Assembly (NCBI GenBank): GCA_020348925.1
Contig: CP070758.1
Span: 4,107,688-4,171,687 of the forward strand
Source of the DNA: Gemmatimonadota bacterium
GTDB taxonomy: Bacteria > JBHIER01 > G020348925
Reading direction: 5' to 3'
DNA length: 64,000 nt
The position numbers were made by a program, and so were the translations under genes. This document shows positions 1 through 9,833 of this stretch, in pieces; the stretch's first letter is position 1; every line of letters starts with the position of its first letter. Below the pieces are notes generated by a model that was not told the DNA's origin, did not search any database, and saw nothing but the letters and a program-made list of their open reading frames with translations.

Positions 1-1
1 T

Positions 2-1084
2 GTCAGGGTCCTGTATCCCTATGGCTACGATGATGATCCTTTCGTATATGGGGGCAGGACTCGGCGCATACCGGATTCCTGGGACCATCATGATTTGCTT
101 GTCAACGGTCCTTCGGGTATCGAATACATCGTTGCGGTCGCGAGTGCGCGGCCCATCACCATACCCCATTGGCGGAGGTATTATGATACCCGCTACGAAC
201 CGAACCCTGACCTTATCGACCGCATTACAGGTGATCCTTACGAGGGCATGTTCCACCTGACGAATCTTATCGTACCCGTCGGGTCTCGCGAGCAGGAATA
301 TATCACAAACAGCACTTACTTTTACATCGAGCAACGAGTATGGTACCCTCGCTATATGTGCTATGATTGCCACCGGCCTCGCCCCGTCTCTTTTCATCCG
401 TATGTGGATGTCTGCCTTGGTTTTGAAATCGTCATCGTTGATTATGACTGGTACGATGACTGGGCATACTGGAGACCACACCACCCGCCAGTCCGCTACC
501 GTCGGGGTTGCTGGAGGGTCAGACGACGGACCCAGACAGCACAGACGACGTATACGAATGAGCGGTATGCACGCCGGCGAGGATTTAAGAACATTGGATT
601 TTCCAAAACCGATGTGGCACCTGTCGACAGAGAAAAGGTGCGAAGCGATTTGGAACACACGTCAGATATTGAGCGGCGTCGTGGGACAGGTCGTTCGACA
701 GTACCTCCGAACCCCACGGATACAATGAAGGAAAATATCATAAAAGAACAGAGTCCCTCGAGAGAACGCTCGAAGTATGATGCGCAATACGAACGCCGCA
801 CAGAGCCAACGCTCCCTGAACGAAAACAGGAAAAAACGTCTCCGGAAGATGTGAAAAAGAGAACGGGCAAGACGTCCAAACGGCAACAAAGTTTCTGGGA
901 TAAGATTACTGATTGGAATAAGAAAAGCAAGAGTACACCCAGTGTTTCAAAGCCGAAATCGAAACCGGAAGAAAAGAAATCATCGAAGCCACACAAGGCA
1001 ACGCCTTCGAAAAAAAGGAAACCATCCACGAAAAGCTCACCACCCAAGAAGGGTACGTCGAGCAAAGGGAGAAAAAAGAGATGA
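2..1084 (+). CDS. DUF4384-like protein, 5'-truncated, with Y/W-rich middle and basic low-complexity tail
   Basis: Frame open from base 2 (VRVLYPYGY...VNGPSGIEYIVAVAS), resembling the end of a DUF4384 domain; K/S/P-rich C-terminus. Confidence 0.55.
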   Translation, partial: VRVLYPYGYDDDPFVYGGRTRRIPDSWDHHDLLVNGPSGIEYIVAVASARPITIPHWRRYYDTRYEPNPDLIDRITGDPYEGMFHLTNLIVPVGSREQEYITNSTYFYIEQRVWYPRYMCYDCHRPRPVSFHPYVDVCLGFEIVIVDYDWYDDWAYWRPHHPPVRYRRGCWRVRRRTQTAQTTYTNERYARRRGFKNIGFSKTDVAPVDREKVRSDLEHTSDIERRRGTGRSTVPPNPTDTMKENIIKEQSPSRERSKYDAQYERRTEPTLPERKQEKTSPEDVKKRTGKTSKRQQSFWDKITDWNKKSKSTPSVSKPKSKPEEKKSSKPHKATPSKKRKPSTKSSPPKKGTSSKGRKKR

Positions 1085-1155
1085 GCTTTCGCCCTGTTCA
1101 CAGTATCGCTCTGTTCCTGACGAACACTGCACGGAATCTGAAAAGGAGGTTGACG

Positions 1156-2397
1156 ATGAAGCCCTGTTTCAAGAAACGGATAATAACCCTGGGAGTCATT
1201 CTATCCCTCACCGGAATATGTCTCTCCGGGGACGGCTATGCTCAAGACGAAGTGCTTATCGGTAAGTTCTTCGGATCGGGGGCCCGTGCCATGGGTATGG
1301 GTGGTGCTTTCCTGGCCGTAGCCGATGATTATTCAGCACTCTATTGGAACCCTGCCGGTCTTGCCCAGATCCCCCGCCTCGAAATCTCCGGCTCCCTCTC
1401 TCACGATCGCATGAGGAACAACGCAACGTATTATGGTTTTGGCATGAAGGACTCTCAATCAAAGACTCGCCTGAATGCTCTCGGTCTGGCCTATCCCCTA
1501 CCAACCGTTCGAGGAAGTCTCGTTTTGGGATTGGGTTACAACCGTCTCAGTAGCTTCGACAATCTGTTAACCATAAACTCAAACAGGATGCCCACGCAAT
1601 ATGTCGATGCCCTGGAAACCGAATCGGGTGGATTGAGCGCGTGGTCAATCGGCGGGGCCATCGATGTCTCACCGTCGCTCTCACTGGGAGGAGCCCTTAA
1701 TATTTGGACGGGAGATGACAGGTATACGTGGGATTATCTGGTCTCCGATACCCAAGATCCTTTTCGGGATTATCGGTATCTTGACACCATCGATGGTGAT
1801 TACAGTGGCGTTGGGTTGAAATTCGGAGCTCTTCTCCGCGCCCGAAGATATGCTTCCTTCGGACTGACCGTTACCTCTCCTGTCACCTTTACGGTCAAAG
1901 AATTCTGGACGCAGCAAACCGACACACTGTTTTTCAGGTATTACGATGAGGGGGAGTTTGAATATGAAATCACAACGCCGTACCGCGTCGGTCTGGGTGG
2001 TTCCATCGCTTTCCGCCATCTTACACTTGCCGCCGATGTCGAATACGTGGATTGGACTCAGACCGAATACAAAAGCCCCTACTGGATGATTTCGGACAAC
2101 TGGGTCTTCAAAAATTCCTACCGAGAAGTCTATACGTATCATATGGGTGCTGAATATGCGATTCCCAGATCCGATGTGACCCTGCGGGCCGGGTATTACA
2201 ACGACCCACTCCCCCGCAACGATGGTCGGATTCAAAGAGACAGGGACTATGTAACGGTCGGCGCCGGTTTTCTGGTCGATAATACGGTCAAGATCGACGT
2301 CGCTGTTGTTCACGGTCTTTGGGAAAAAACCACCGACAATCTGACGGAGAAGATTCAGGCCGACAGAGTTTTTCTGTCTATGGCTTACCGATTCTAA
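1156..2397 (+). CDS. Outer-membrane beta-barrel protein, OmpP1/FadL family
   Basis: Signal peptide; GARAMGMGGAFLAVADDYSALYWNPAGL motif; C-terminal YRF; AGGAGG RBS before ATG 1156. Confidence 0.85.
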   Translation: MKPCFKKRIITLGVILSLTGICLSGDGYAQDEVLIGKFFGSGARAMGMGGAFLAVADDYSALYWNPAGLAQIPRLEISGSLSHDRMRNNATYYGFGMKDSQSKTRLNALGLAYPLPTVRGSLVLGLGYNRLSSFDNLLTINSNRMPTQYVDALETESGGLSAWSIGGAIDVSPSLSLGGALNIWTGDDRYTWDYLVSDTQDPFRDYRYLDTIDGDYSGVGLKFGALLRARRYASFGLTVTSPVTFTVKEFWTQQTDTLFFRYYDEGEFEYEITTPYRVGLGGSIAFRHLTLAADVEYVDWTQTEYKSPYWMISDNWVFKNSYREVYTYHMGAEYAIPRSDVTLRAGYYNDPLPRNDGRIQRDRDYVTVGAGFLVDNTVKIDVAVVHGLWEKTTDNLTEKIQADRVFLSMAYRF

Positions 2398-2419
2398 ATC
2401 GAAAAAGGAGGTGCCCATC

Positions 2420-3067
2420 ATGTCGAAAAAATATGCCAATGTTTTGATCGTGTTCGGTATCCTGATGATCGTCATGACAACATCCGGATGTTACACAGTA
2501 CTTCAAATGCGCTCGGGTAACGCCTGTTATCGAGAATACTGTTATGACGCTGATTACGATTTCTATGATCCCTGGTACGATCCTTTTTTCTCCTATCATC
2601 CGTACTCCCATTATGGATACGTATCGACCTATTATCAACCCTGGACCTATTGGTGGAGAAATCCGTATTGGACGTACCCCTATTATTACACAACTCGCTA
2701 TTCTCCCTATAGTCCTTACGACTGTGGATCGCTAAAATGGCAAAAGAGCTCTCGGAGGCGGGGATTTCAGACGCGTCCCTCATCACCCACGTCTGTCACG
2801 TCGAGGCGTTCGATCACCTCGCAAGGCTCTCTTGGGAGGGATGAAAAAAGACTGAAAACGTTGCGGAAGATAGGAACCGGTGTCACGTCAAAACCAGTAC
2901 GGAGAACGGGCATAAGTCAAACTCCAACTCCACCCCCCCGAACGATCAGTCGATCGACTCCGGCGGTCACGAGACAAACATCCAAAACCTCGAGTCCGAG
3001 TTCCAGCAAAGCAGCAGCCCCATCCCGGAGTGCAACCTCTGCAAGGAGACGAGGTTCACAACGATAA
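2420..3067 (+). CDS. Hypothetical lipoprotein (Tyr/Trp/Pro-rich, S/T/R-rich tail)
   Basis: Lipobox-like TTSGC after a hydrophobic stretch; AGGAGG RBS. Confidence 0.7.
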   Translation: MSKKYANVLIVFGILMIVMTTSGCYTVLQMRSGNACYREYCYDADYDFYDPWYDPFFSYHPYSHYGYVSTYYQPWTYWWRNPYWTYPYYYTTRYSPYSPYDCGSLKWQKSSRRRGFQTRPSSPTSVTSRRSITSQGSLGRDEKRLKTLRKIGTGVTSKPVRRTGISQTPTPPPRTISRSTPAVTRQTSKTSSPSSSKAAAPSRSATSARRRGSQR

Positions 3068-3135
3068 CCAGACAGAAAACTCGAACACGAACAGGAACGT
3101 GTGCTCGCGAGGGGTGGTTTTACCCGAAGGGCAGG

Positions 3136-3170
3136 GCGGTTGACGATAGGCAGCGTCGACCGCTATTTTC
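3136..3170 (+). terminator. Probable intrinsic terminator
   Basis: GCGGTTGACG-loop-CGTCGACCGC followed by TATTTTC. Confidence 0.55.
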
Positions 3171-3192
3171 ATGGCACACACGGAAAAAGGTG

Positions 3193-3221
3193 TTGACAAT
3201 GTTGAAGCGAAGATATATTAT
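3193..3221 (+). promoter_or_regulatory. sigma70-type promoter
   Basis: TTGACA-17 nt-TATTAT upstream of the ORF at 3266. Confidence 0.65.
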
Positions 3222-3265
3222 ACTGAAAACATAATTTCCGTTCACCCGATGGGAATGTCGAGTCG

Positions 3266-3790
3266 ATGAAAATCACGTACAACCAAATTTGCATCATCAG
3301 TGTCCTTCTTGCGGTCGGAATTTTCGCAGACACGTTCGGTCGCAACGCCACAGACGTTTCCCCGAGCAAAAAACCTCAAACTCCGAAAGAAGTTTTCAAT
3401 GATATCCGGAGAGCATGGCAAGGGGCTGACGTTCAAAAGCTTATGGACTATCTGGGTGATGTCAAAACAATCATCTCTTTCGAAAATGAGGGACTTGAAA
3501 GTGGTTTATACAGTCGAAATCAAGCCTATTATCTATTCGAAAACCTGTTTCAAAATACAAAGACTAACGATTTCACTTTCGTTAAAATTATCGAAGTTCA
3601 AGAAAGAAACACCAATCCCCATGCCTTCGCAAATCGCACATATATGCGATTGCGTGACGGGAGTCAACTCAGCGATCAGATTTACATTGCCCTTACCATG
3701 GTCAACAACCGATGGTTCATCACACACATCATGTCACTTGAAAAATCCAAGAAACAGCATCCGAGCAGTGGCTCCAATGTGGGTCCATAA
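3266..3790 (+). CDS. Secreted NTF2-like / DUF4783-like protein
   Basis: Signal peptide; SGLYSRNQAYYLFENLF resembles DUF4783. Confidence 0.55.
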   Translation: MKITYNQICIISVLLAVGIFADTFGRNATDVSPSKKPQTPKEVFNDIRRAWQGADVQKLMDYLGDVKTIISFENEGLESGLYSRNQAYYLFENLFQNTKTNDFTFVKIIEVQERNTNPHAFANRTYMRLRDGSQLSDQIYIALTMVNNRWFITHIMSLEKSKKQHPSSGSNVGP

Positions 3791-3847
3791 ATTTGAGAGT
3801 TGCTTCTGACGCTCCCCTCTCAATCCTTTCTCAGTCAATGAAAACTT

Positions 3848-6800
3848 ATGGAAATATTCACTACGATATTCAACACGCTTACAAAAATCGAAAAAAATAA
3901 AAATCAGAATTGGATTGTGCTCGTCTTCACAGCCACACCTCTGATCCTGTTGAGTATTGATGTTGCTTATCAACACTCTTTTCTGTCAATTGTAACGACC
4001 ATACTTTTACTCATTCTCTACATCTTTCTTCTCTATATGTATTGGAGAAAGAAACGAGTGACTGGCTTTCGTCCTCATCGGTATTTTCTTCCGGTCATCT
4101 TACTTTTACTGGCCGTTCCCTTAGGATCGAAAATACATTTCGAAATCAATTCGTACAACGCAAAAAGAAATTGGGAAAGCCTCTCTCGATCGTCACTGCG
4201 TAAGGACGCTGAGACAATCCGGAACAGTTTTCAGGATGTGCTTCGTTCAGCGGAACAACTCGCCAGAAATGTTGCGGACCATCCTACATTGAAAAAAGCA
4301 CTCGGAGATCCCAATATCGAGAACCGAGCCACCATTTTTCAAATTCTGTCTGATATTGATCCTGAATTTCACGGCGATTACGGTCTTGAAGTATTTGACA
4401 AAAATAGGCAGAGCGTTGCCTGGAGAGGTGTCACGTTTCCACCACAAGAGCTCTTAAAACAGCATATCTCCATTGTCACCGGTCAAATATACACAACGCT
4501 GTGCGTCGGAGAACATGTGCTCAACACACCGGACGGACAAGTGCTGGGTTCATTCTTTGTCTACAGACCATTACGACTGAACATTCCAATTCAGATAAAA
4601 TCGCTTCGACAATGGAGCTTTGAAAAAGATGTATCCGCGAATATCCGTGCACCATTTCGTCTCGATTTTATTACCACCAGCAGGGATAACATTGATTCAG
4701 GCGTGTGGCTCCCGTCTGACAATGAAGAGTTTTCCGTAACACTCTCGGATCTGGAGAACAATACCCTCGGGGTGGCTCGTTTATCCAAACCCTCATATGA
4801 AAGCTACATGCGTGTGCAGCGTACAAAATCCATCAGGATTTCAATCCTTTTTCTCGGACTCATCTTTGTGTACGTTCTCATAAGACTCCTCAGAATTCTT
4901 TACTTCTCTGTTCTTCAGGAGCGAAACCGACACGAAAAAATCTCTCGAAGGTACTTTGTGACTTTTTGCACAATGACCATTGTGTTATGGACCGTCCGAT
5001 ATGGACTCCTGTTTATCGGATTTCCTGCGAAGGTCCTTACTCTTTCAATCTTCGACCCGATCCACTACGCGTCTCCCTTCTTCCTTGGCATTTCTCGCTC
5101 CGCCGGTGAGCTTCTGATAACTCTCATTGTTCTCATAGTGAATATCTATCTGGGGTGGAGACTTTTCCTCTTTTCAAAAAAAGGGACCACCGCACGAATT
5201 CCGTCCAGAATTTTCGCTCTCATTGCTGTACTGCCAATTGTGGCGCTCATCCATTTTCTCTTCGAGACGTACATCTCAGGCATACGGAGTCTTGCACACG
5301 ACTCAACCCTGAGTTTCTTCAACTATCTTGAGCTGTTCTCTTCTCTCCCCCTGCTCGTTACGATGACAAACCTTTTCCTGTTGAGCCTGGCAACTCTTTC
5401 CTTCAGTCTGCTTGGCCTCTGTCTGATCGAACACCTTCTCCGGAATGCAATAGGATCTCAGATATCACGGTGGACCTGGATTTTCTTTGCCTATAGTCTC
5501 GCAGGGGCGCTCTGGCTACTTGCAACAAACCAGCCGACATACCTCATTGAGAGAATGTGTTTTATTCTCGCTCTCCTGATGCTTGCTTCTGTGACAGACC
5601 GTTTCCTTGTCGCAGCGACTGGAAACAGGTGGGTTTTTTTATTCATACTTACAGGCATTTGTGCCATTCTCTCTTTTCCAATTTTTCGTAAGGAAATAAT
5701 GAAAGAGGAGGATCTTCTTATCCGTCAGAGAACCGTGGAAGCTCTCCAACCAACGGAAAGTTGGATCCGTTTTGTTTTGGAGAACAGTCTGGATTACTTT
5801 GGCCAGAGCATGAATATTCAAAAATCCCTCGCCGATAAGGAACATATAAATCTTGCGAGTCTGGCGTTCGTAGAGTGGGCGAGAAGTCCTCTCAGCCATC
5901 TGAATTTTGGAAGCTCGATCACTATTTTGGATGAAGCGGGTTCGAATGTCAGTCAATTCGATATTTCTACGCCTGTTGGACTGGAACAAACGGCTGCATC
6001 CGTTCTGCAGGAAATTGAGGACGTGAGCGGAAAATTCATCACGCTGAGCAGAGCTCATATCGAAGGGCAAGAGATAGACCTCTATTCAGGTGCAACTCCC
6101 GTTTTTGACGAGGGGAAATTGTACGGGGCAGTCATTGTAAACATTCCTGTCGCAAAATCTCCCTGGGGTGCATTGACCAGACTGAGTGGCGTATACCCCA
6201 CACCCCTTCGCCCCTTTGAACCCGGAGGACAGCTCACTCACAAATATGGACCGACCGAATTGGTCGTCGCAATGTACGAGAGAGAAACACTCGTCGAATC
6301 AACCGCTCCGGCTTTTATCAGAGGGCGACGTCCATCCGAAGAAATCCTCAACAAGATGTTCGACGAAAAAATAGAATATTTACGCATTTGTGAAAAAATC
6401 GGTGACAGACAATTCGTAAATTTCTATTTTCCTCAAAAAGGCGAAAGCGTGGTCGGAATGGTCTCAGTCGGTTACGGGAAAGCAGAAATATGGACGATCA
6501 TCCACGACTGTTTGCGCTTGCTCTTTACCTATCTCCTCTTGATCATATCATTGTACGGCTTGTATCGGATCAGCGTTGTCGTTCTTCGAGGCAACATCCG
6601 CGGTATCATATCTATTAAACGGTTTCAAGACAAACTGCTCTTGTCCTTTGCGATGCTCATCATATTTCCCATGCTTGTTATGGCTTTTCTGGGCCGTAAT
6701 GTTGTTCTCTCTCAGCAGGAGGACTGGATCCGATCTCGTATCGAAGAGGATCTCACGCGTGTTCGTGCGCTTCTTGACGAAGAGACGATCACTGCTGCTC

Positions 6801-8356
6801 GAGAAATTGCATCCAACCCTGAGATCATCGATTTTCTGAACCAACCCGAGGAACACCAACTCACCGCACTTCGTCCAAGGAAGGAAACGATTACGCTTTG
6901 TAACGCTGAGGGTGATGAGCTTTGGAGTAATGCAGCGGGACGAGCAAGCGATGAAATAAGAGATCGGGTGAGATTCACGTATACGCCACGCGTTTTTTAT
7001 TCTCATGCACCCTTCCTTGCTATCGGGTCCGTTGTTCCTATCATCGATGCCGAAAAGGAGAGCGAGTATATTGGATCCGTTGAATATCTTCGACCTATCG
7101 ACGATGCACTGTGCAAAAGATTGAGCCAAAGAGTGGGACGTGACATTAATGTATATCACAGGGGTATCGAAATCGCCTCGACACGCCCGGAGTTATTCCA
7201 ATCCGAGTTCCTCATGAAAAAACTTCTTGGCGACGCTTTTCTGAACATTGAACTCCTCGATAGAAAATTTTTCTACGCGAAAAGAATAATGGGAACGCAT
7301 CCGTACATCGAAGGCTATCAGCCCCTGAGAGACATTCTGGGCAGAACCGCCGGTGTTCTTTCCATTCCTACCATCTATCAGGAACAAACCGTACAACAGG
7401 AGACGGCGAAAACAATTTCTGTCATACTGGTTATCTATGGGCTCGTTCTCTGTGCGACCCTCCTCGTCGGACTCATTCTATCACGACGAATCTCCTCTCC
7501 CGTACGAGAGCTGACAAAGGGCACACGGCAGATCGCATCCGGTGATCTCAGTTTTCGAATCGAGATGAAGGCCAAGGACGAACTCGGCGATCTCGTTGCC
7601 TCGTTCAACAAAATGACTGAAGATTTAAGATCGAGTCAGCAGAGGCTCGTGCAGGCGGAAAAAGACGCTGCCTGGCGAGAGATGGCCCGTCAGGTTGCGC
7701 ACGAAGTCAAAAACCCACTCACCCCAATGAAACTCTCGATCCAGCATCTCGTACAGGCTTACAAAGATAAGGCAGAACATTTTGAAAAGATTCTCTCAGA
7801 GACAACCACAATGGTTTCGGATCAGATTGATGTTCTCAGAAACATTGCCTCGGAGTTTTCCTTGTTCGCCAGATTACCGAAAAGAAAAGTCCAGGCGTGT
7901 CAAGTTCAAGATATTATGCAGGAAAGTCTGCGCTTGTTCAGTGATAGTTTTACAGGAATCACGCTCGTTACTGAGTACGAAAAGTCTCTCTCTCCCATCC
8001 TGGCCGATCCGGAGGAACTGCAGCGAGTCTTTGTCAATCTGATCCAAAACGCCATCCAAGCAATGCAAGGTGGAGGTACTCTGAACATTGAGATATCAAC
8101 GCAACGTATGCGAGATAAAAATGGAGAACAGCAATACATCATCATCCGCATTATTGATACCGGCTGCGGAATCCCGGACGACCAGAAGGAAAAACTCTTC
8201 GAACCGAGCTTCTCGACCAAAACCGATGGAACGGGTCTCGGATTGGCCATATGCAAAAGGGTCATTGATGATCTCGGAGGAAACATTGACATTGACAGCA
8301 CCGTCAACGTGGGGACAAAAGTCACCTTGATCCTGCCGGTTCATCGGAACGTCTAA
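3848..8356 (+). CDS. Large multi-TM sensor histidine kinase (NtrY-like, HAMP-HisKA-HATPase)
   Basis: AWREMARQVAHEVKNPLTPM H-box; NLIQNAIQA, DTGCGIP and GTGLGLAI boxes; HAMP segment; many TM helices. Confidence 0.92.
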   Translation: MEIFTTIFNTLTKIEKNKNQNWIVLVFTATPLILLSIDVAYQHSFLSIVTTILLLILYIFLLYMYWRKKRVTGFRPHRYFLPVILLLLAVPLGSKIHFEINSYNAKRNWESLSRSSLRKDAETIRNSFQDVLRSAEQLARNVADHPTLKKALGDPNIENRATIFQILSDIDPEFHGDYGLEVFDKNRQSVAWRGVTFPPQELLKQHISIVTGQIYTTLCVGEHVLNTPDGQVLGSFFVYRPLRLNIPIQIKSLRQWSFEKDVSANIRAPFRLDFITTSRDNIDSGVWLPSDNEEFSVTLSDLENNTLGVARLSKPSYESYMRVQRTKSIRISILFLGLIFVYVLIRLLRILYFSVLQERNRHEKISRRYFVTFCTMTIVLWTVRYGLLFIGFPAKVLTLSIFDPIHYASPFFLGISRSAGELLITLIVLIVNIYLGWRLFLFSKKGTTARIPSRIFALIAVLPIVALIHFLFETYISGIRSLAHDSTLSFFNYLELFSSLPLLVTMTNLFLLSLATLSFSLLGLCLIEHLLRNAIGSQISRWTWIFFAYSLAGALWLLATNQPTYLIERMCFILALLMLASVTDRFLVAATGNRWVFLFILTGICAILSFPIFRKEIMKEEDLLIRQRTVEALQPTESWIRFVLENSLDYFGQSMNIQKSLADKEHINLASLAFVEWARSPLSHLNFGSSITILDEAGSNVSQFDISTPVGLEQTAASVLQEIEDVSGKFITLSRAHIEGQEIDLYSGATPVFDEGKLYGAVIVNIPVAKSPWGALTRLSGVYPTPLRPFEPGGQLTHKYGPTELVVAMYERETLVESTAPAFIRGRRPSEEILNKMFDEKIEYLRICEKIGDRQFVNFYFPQKGESVVGMVSVGYGKAEIWTIIHDCLRLLFTYLLLIISLYGLYRISVVVLRGNIRGIISIKRFQDKLLLSFAMLIIFPMLVMAFLGRNVVLSQQEDWIRSRIEEDLTRVRALLDEETITAAREIASNPEIIDFLNQPEEHQLTALRPRKETITLCNAEGDELWSNAAGRASDEIRDRVRFTYTPRVFYSHAPFLAIGSVVPIIDAEKESEYIGSVEYLRPIDDALCKRLSQRVGRDINVYHRGIEIASTRPELFQSEFLMKKLLGDAFLNIELLDRKFFYAKRIMGTHPYIEGYQPLRDILGRTAGVLSIPTIYQEQTVQQETAKTISVILVIYGLVLCATLLVGLILSRRISSPVRELTKGTRQIASGDLSFRIEMKAKDELGDLVASFNKMTEDLRSSQQRLVQAEKDAAWREMARQVAHEVKNPLTPMKLSIQHLVQAYKDKAEHFEKILSETTTMVSDQIDVLRNIASEFSLFARLPKRKVQACQVQDIMQESLRLFSDSFTGITLVTEYEKSLSPILADPEELQRVFVNLIQNAIQAMQGGGTLNIEISTQRMRDKNGEQQYIIIRIIDTGCGIPDDQKEKLFEPSFSTKTDGTGLGLAICKRVIDDLGGNIDIDSTVNVGTKVTLILPVHRNV

Positions 8357-8411
8357 GGATCCATTGAAAAATGGCTTCATGTTGAACGACCGAAATGAAT
8401 CTCTTCGACAC

Positions 8412-8446
8412 AAAAAGCCCACCGAATGACCTTCGGGCGGGCTTTT
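8412..8446. terminator. Bidirectional intrinsic terminator
   Basis: AAAAAGCCCACCGAA-loop-TTCGGGCGGGCTTTT between convergent genes. Confidence 0.75.
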
Positions 8447-8521
8447 GTTCAAAAGAGCATGAGGCTACTCCAGGAATCTTCACACGATGAACAGCGCACC
8501 TGAATCCCTGGGTGCAGTCTA

Positions 8522-9523
8522 TTACCTGTCCTTCATCTTTTCGATTTCGCGCTCGAGTTTTCTGAGGCGTTTCTGGAGATCCCGCAGAGCATCTTCCTCG
8601 ATATCTCCACGGAGTCGGTACTGCCACATCTTATCCTGGAGTTCATCCTCCTCGTCAAAGTGTTCCCAGCGTTCGAGATAGTCATCGAAATATGGCCTTC
8701 CAATGTATGGAAGCTCAAAGACGTTTCGTTTGGATCGGCGATATTTTTGGGGAGTTTTACCAATTTCCGCACGAATCATTTGTTTGCTCTTGTTCCGTAT
8801 GACTTCAATTTCAACTTCTTCCCCTTCCACGGATTCACGGACAGCTTCAATGAGTTCCGCAGCATCGTCGATTTTCTCGCCGTCAAACGAGACAATCACA
8901 TCTCCTGCCTGCAGACCGGCTTTCTCCGCAGGACTGTCTTCGACCACCTCGGTAACAAGGACACCGTCACCATCGGAGACTCCAAAATATTCACCCAATT
9001 GTTCGGTCACATTCTGGAGATGGATACCCAGCCACCCTCTCCTTTCCGCCTTCTCCTTCAAGAGATGAGGTTTTACCCTGTCTCTCTGTTCAAACCAGTA
9101 TCCATGACCCTCTGATTTCTCCTGGATTGTGGCTGTGACCGTCAATTCCCGCCCTTTCCGAACGACTACGATGTCGACCTTTTCGCCTGGATCGGTTGCT
9201 CGAACTTTGCGGATCAGGTTCCCTGTATTCGAAATCGGCTTTCCATCATAGCGGATAATAACGTCTCCTTCTTGTATCCCGGCCTCCTTGGCAGGGCTGC
9301 CGTCTTCAACATCGTTGACCAATACACCCACATCACGGTCATAGTCCATGGCTTCCTTGAGCGCCGTCGTCAAATCCTGAATAGAGACGCCCAGCCAGCC
9401 ACCTTCATCGTCCGTTTTCCACAGAAATGCTTCTTGGGAAGAAGCAACGGCTGAGCACATAAGAAGGCCACCGATACATACGGTAAACACTGTGACATAG
9501 GCAAGGCGATGGACGTTTCTCAT
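8522..9523 (-). CDS. Secreted tandem-PDZ protein with no protease domain
   Basis: Signal peptide; two GWLG...SPA..AG..GDVI PDZ repeats; coiled-coil C-terminus; AAGGAGG RBS. Confidence 0.85.
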   Translation of the reverse strand: MRNVHRLAYVTVFTVCIGGLLMCSAVASSQEAFLWKTDDEGGWLGVSIQDLTTALKEAMDYDRDVGVLVNDVEDGSPAKEAGIQEGDVIIRYDGKPISNTGNLIRKVRATDPGEKVDIVVVRKGRELTVTATIQEKSEGHGYWFEQRDRVKPHLLKEKAERRGWLGIHLQNVTEQLGEYFGVSDGDGVLVTEVVEDSPAEKAGLQAGDVIVSFDGEKIDDAAELIEAVRESVEGEEVEIEVIRNKSKQMIRAEIGKTPQKYRRSKRNVFELPYIGRPYFDDYLERWEHFDEEDELQDKMWQYRLRGDIEEDALRDLQKRLRKLEREIEKMKDR

Positions 9524-9833
9524 CGTCTGCACCTCCTTCGAAAAAGTTGGATATCTCACCCCCTACTGTTGAATTAAACTTATTCTATAAGGAAAAGGTT
9601 CCAAGTTATCCAATTGTGATTTGAAATGAAGCTCTGCGTCTTTCCCTGTCCGTTCCCAGTGAAAGGTTTTGCTCAATGAAGCTGTGATAAAAATGTTGCA
9701 TTTCATATTGAAATCTCATAATTTCCATGTCCATTGCATGAACCGTTTTCACCAGAATCGTAAAGCGTGCTTTTTCATTCAATTCATAACGTGGTGTGAA
9801 ACATAGAGAAAAAATCGTCTCAAAGGAGGTCTC

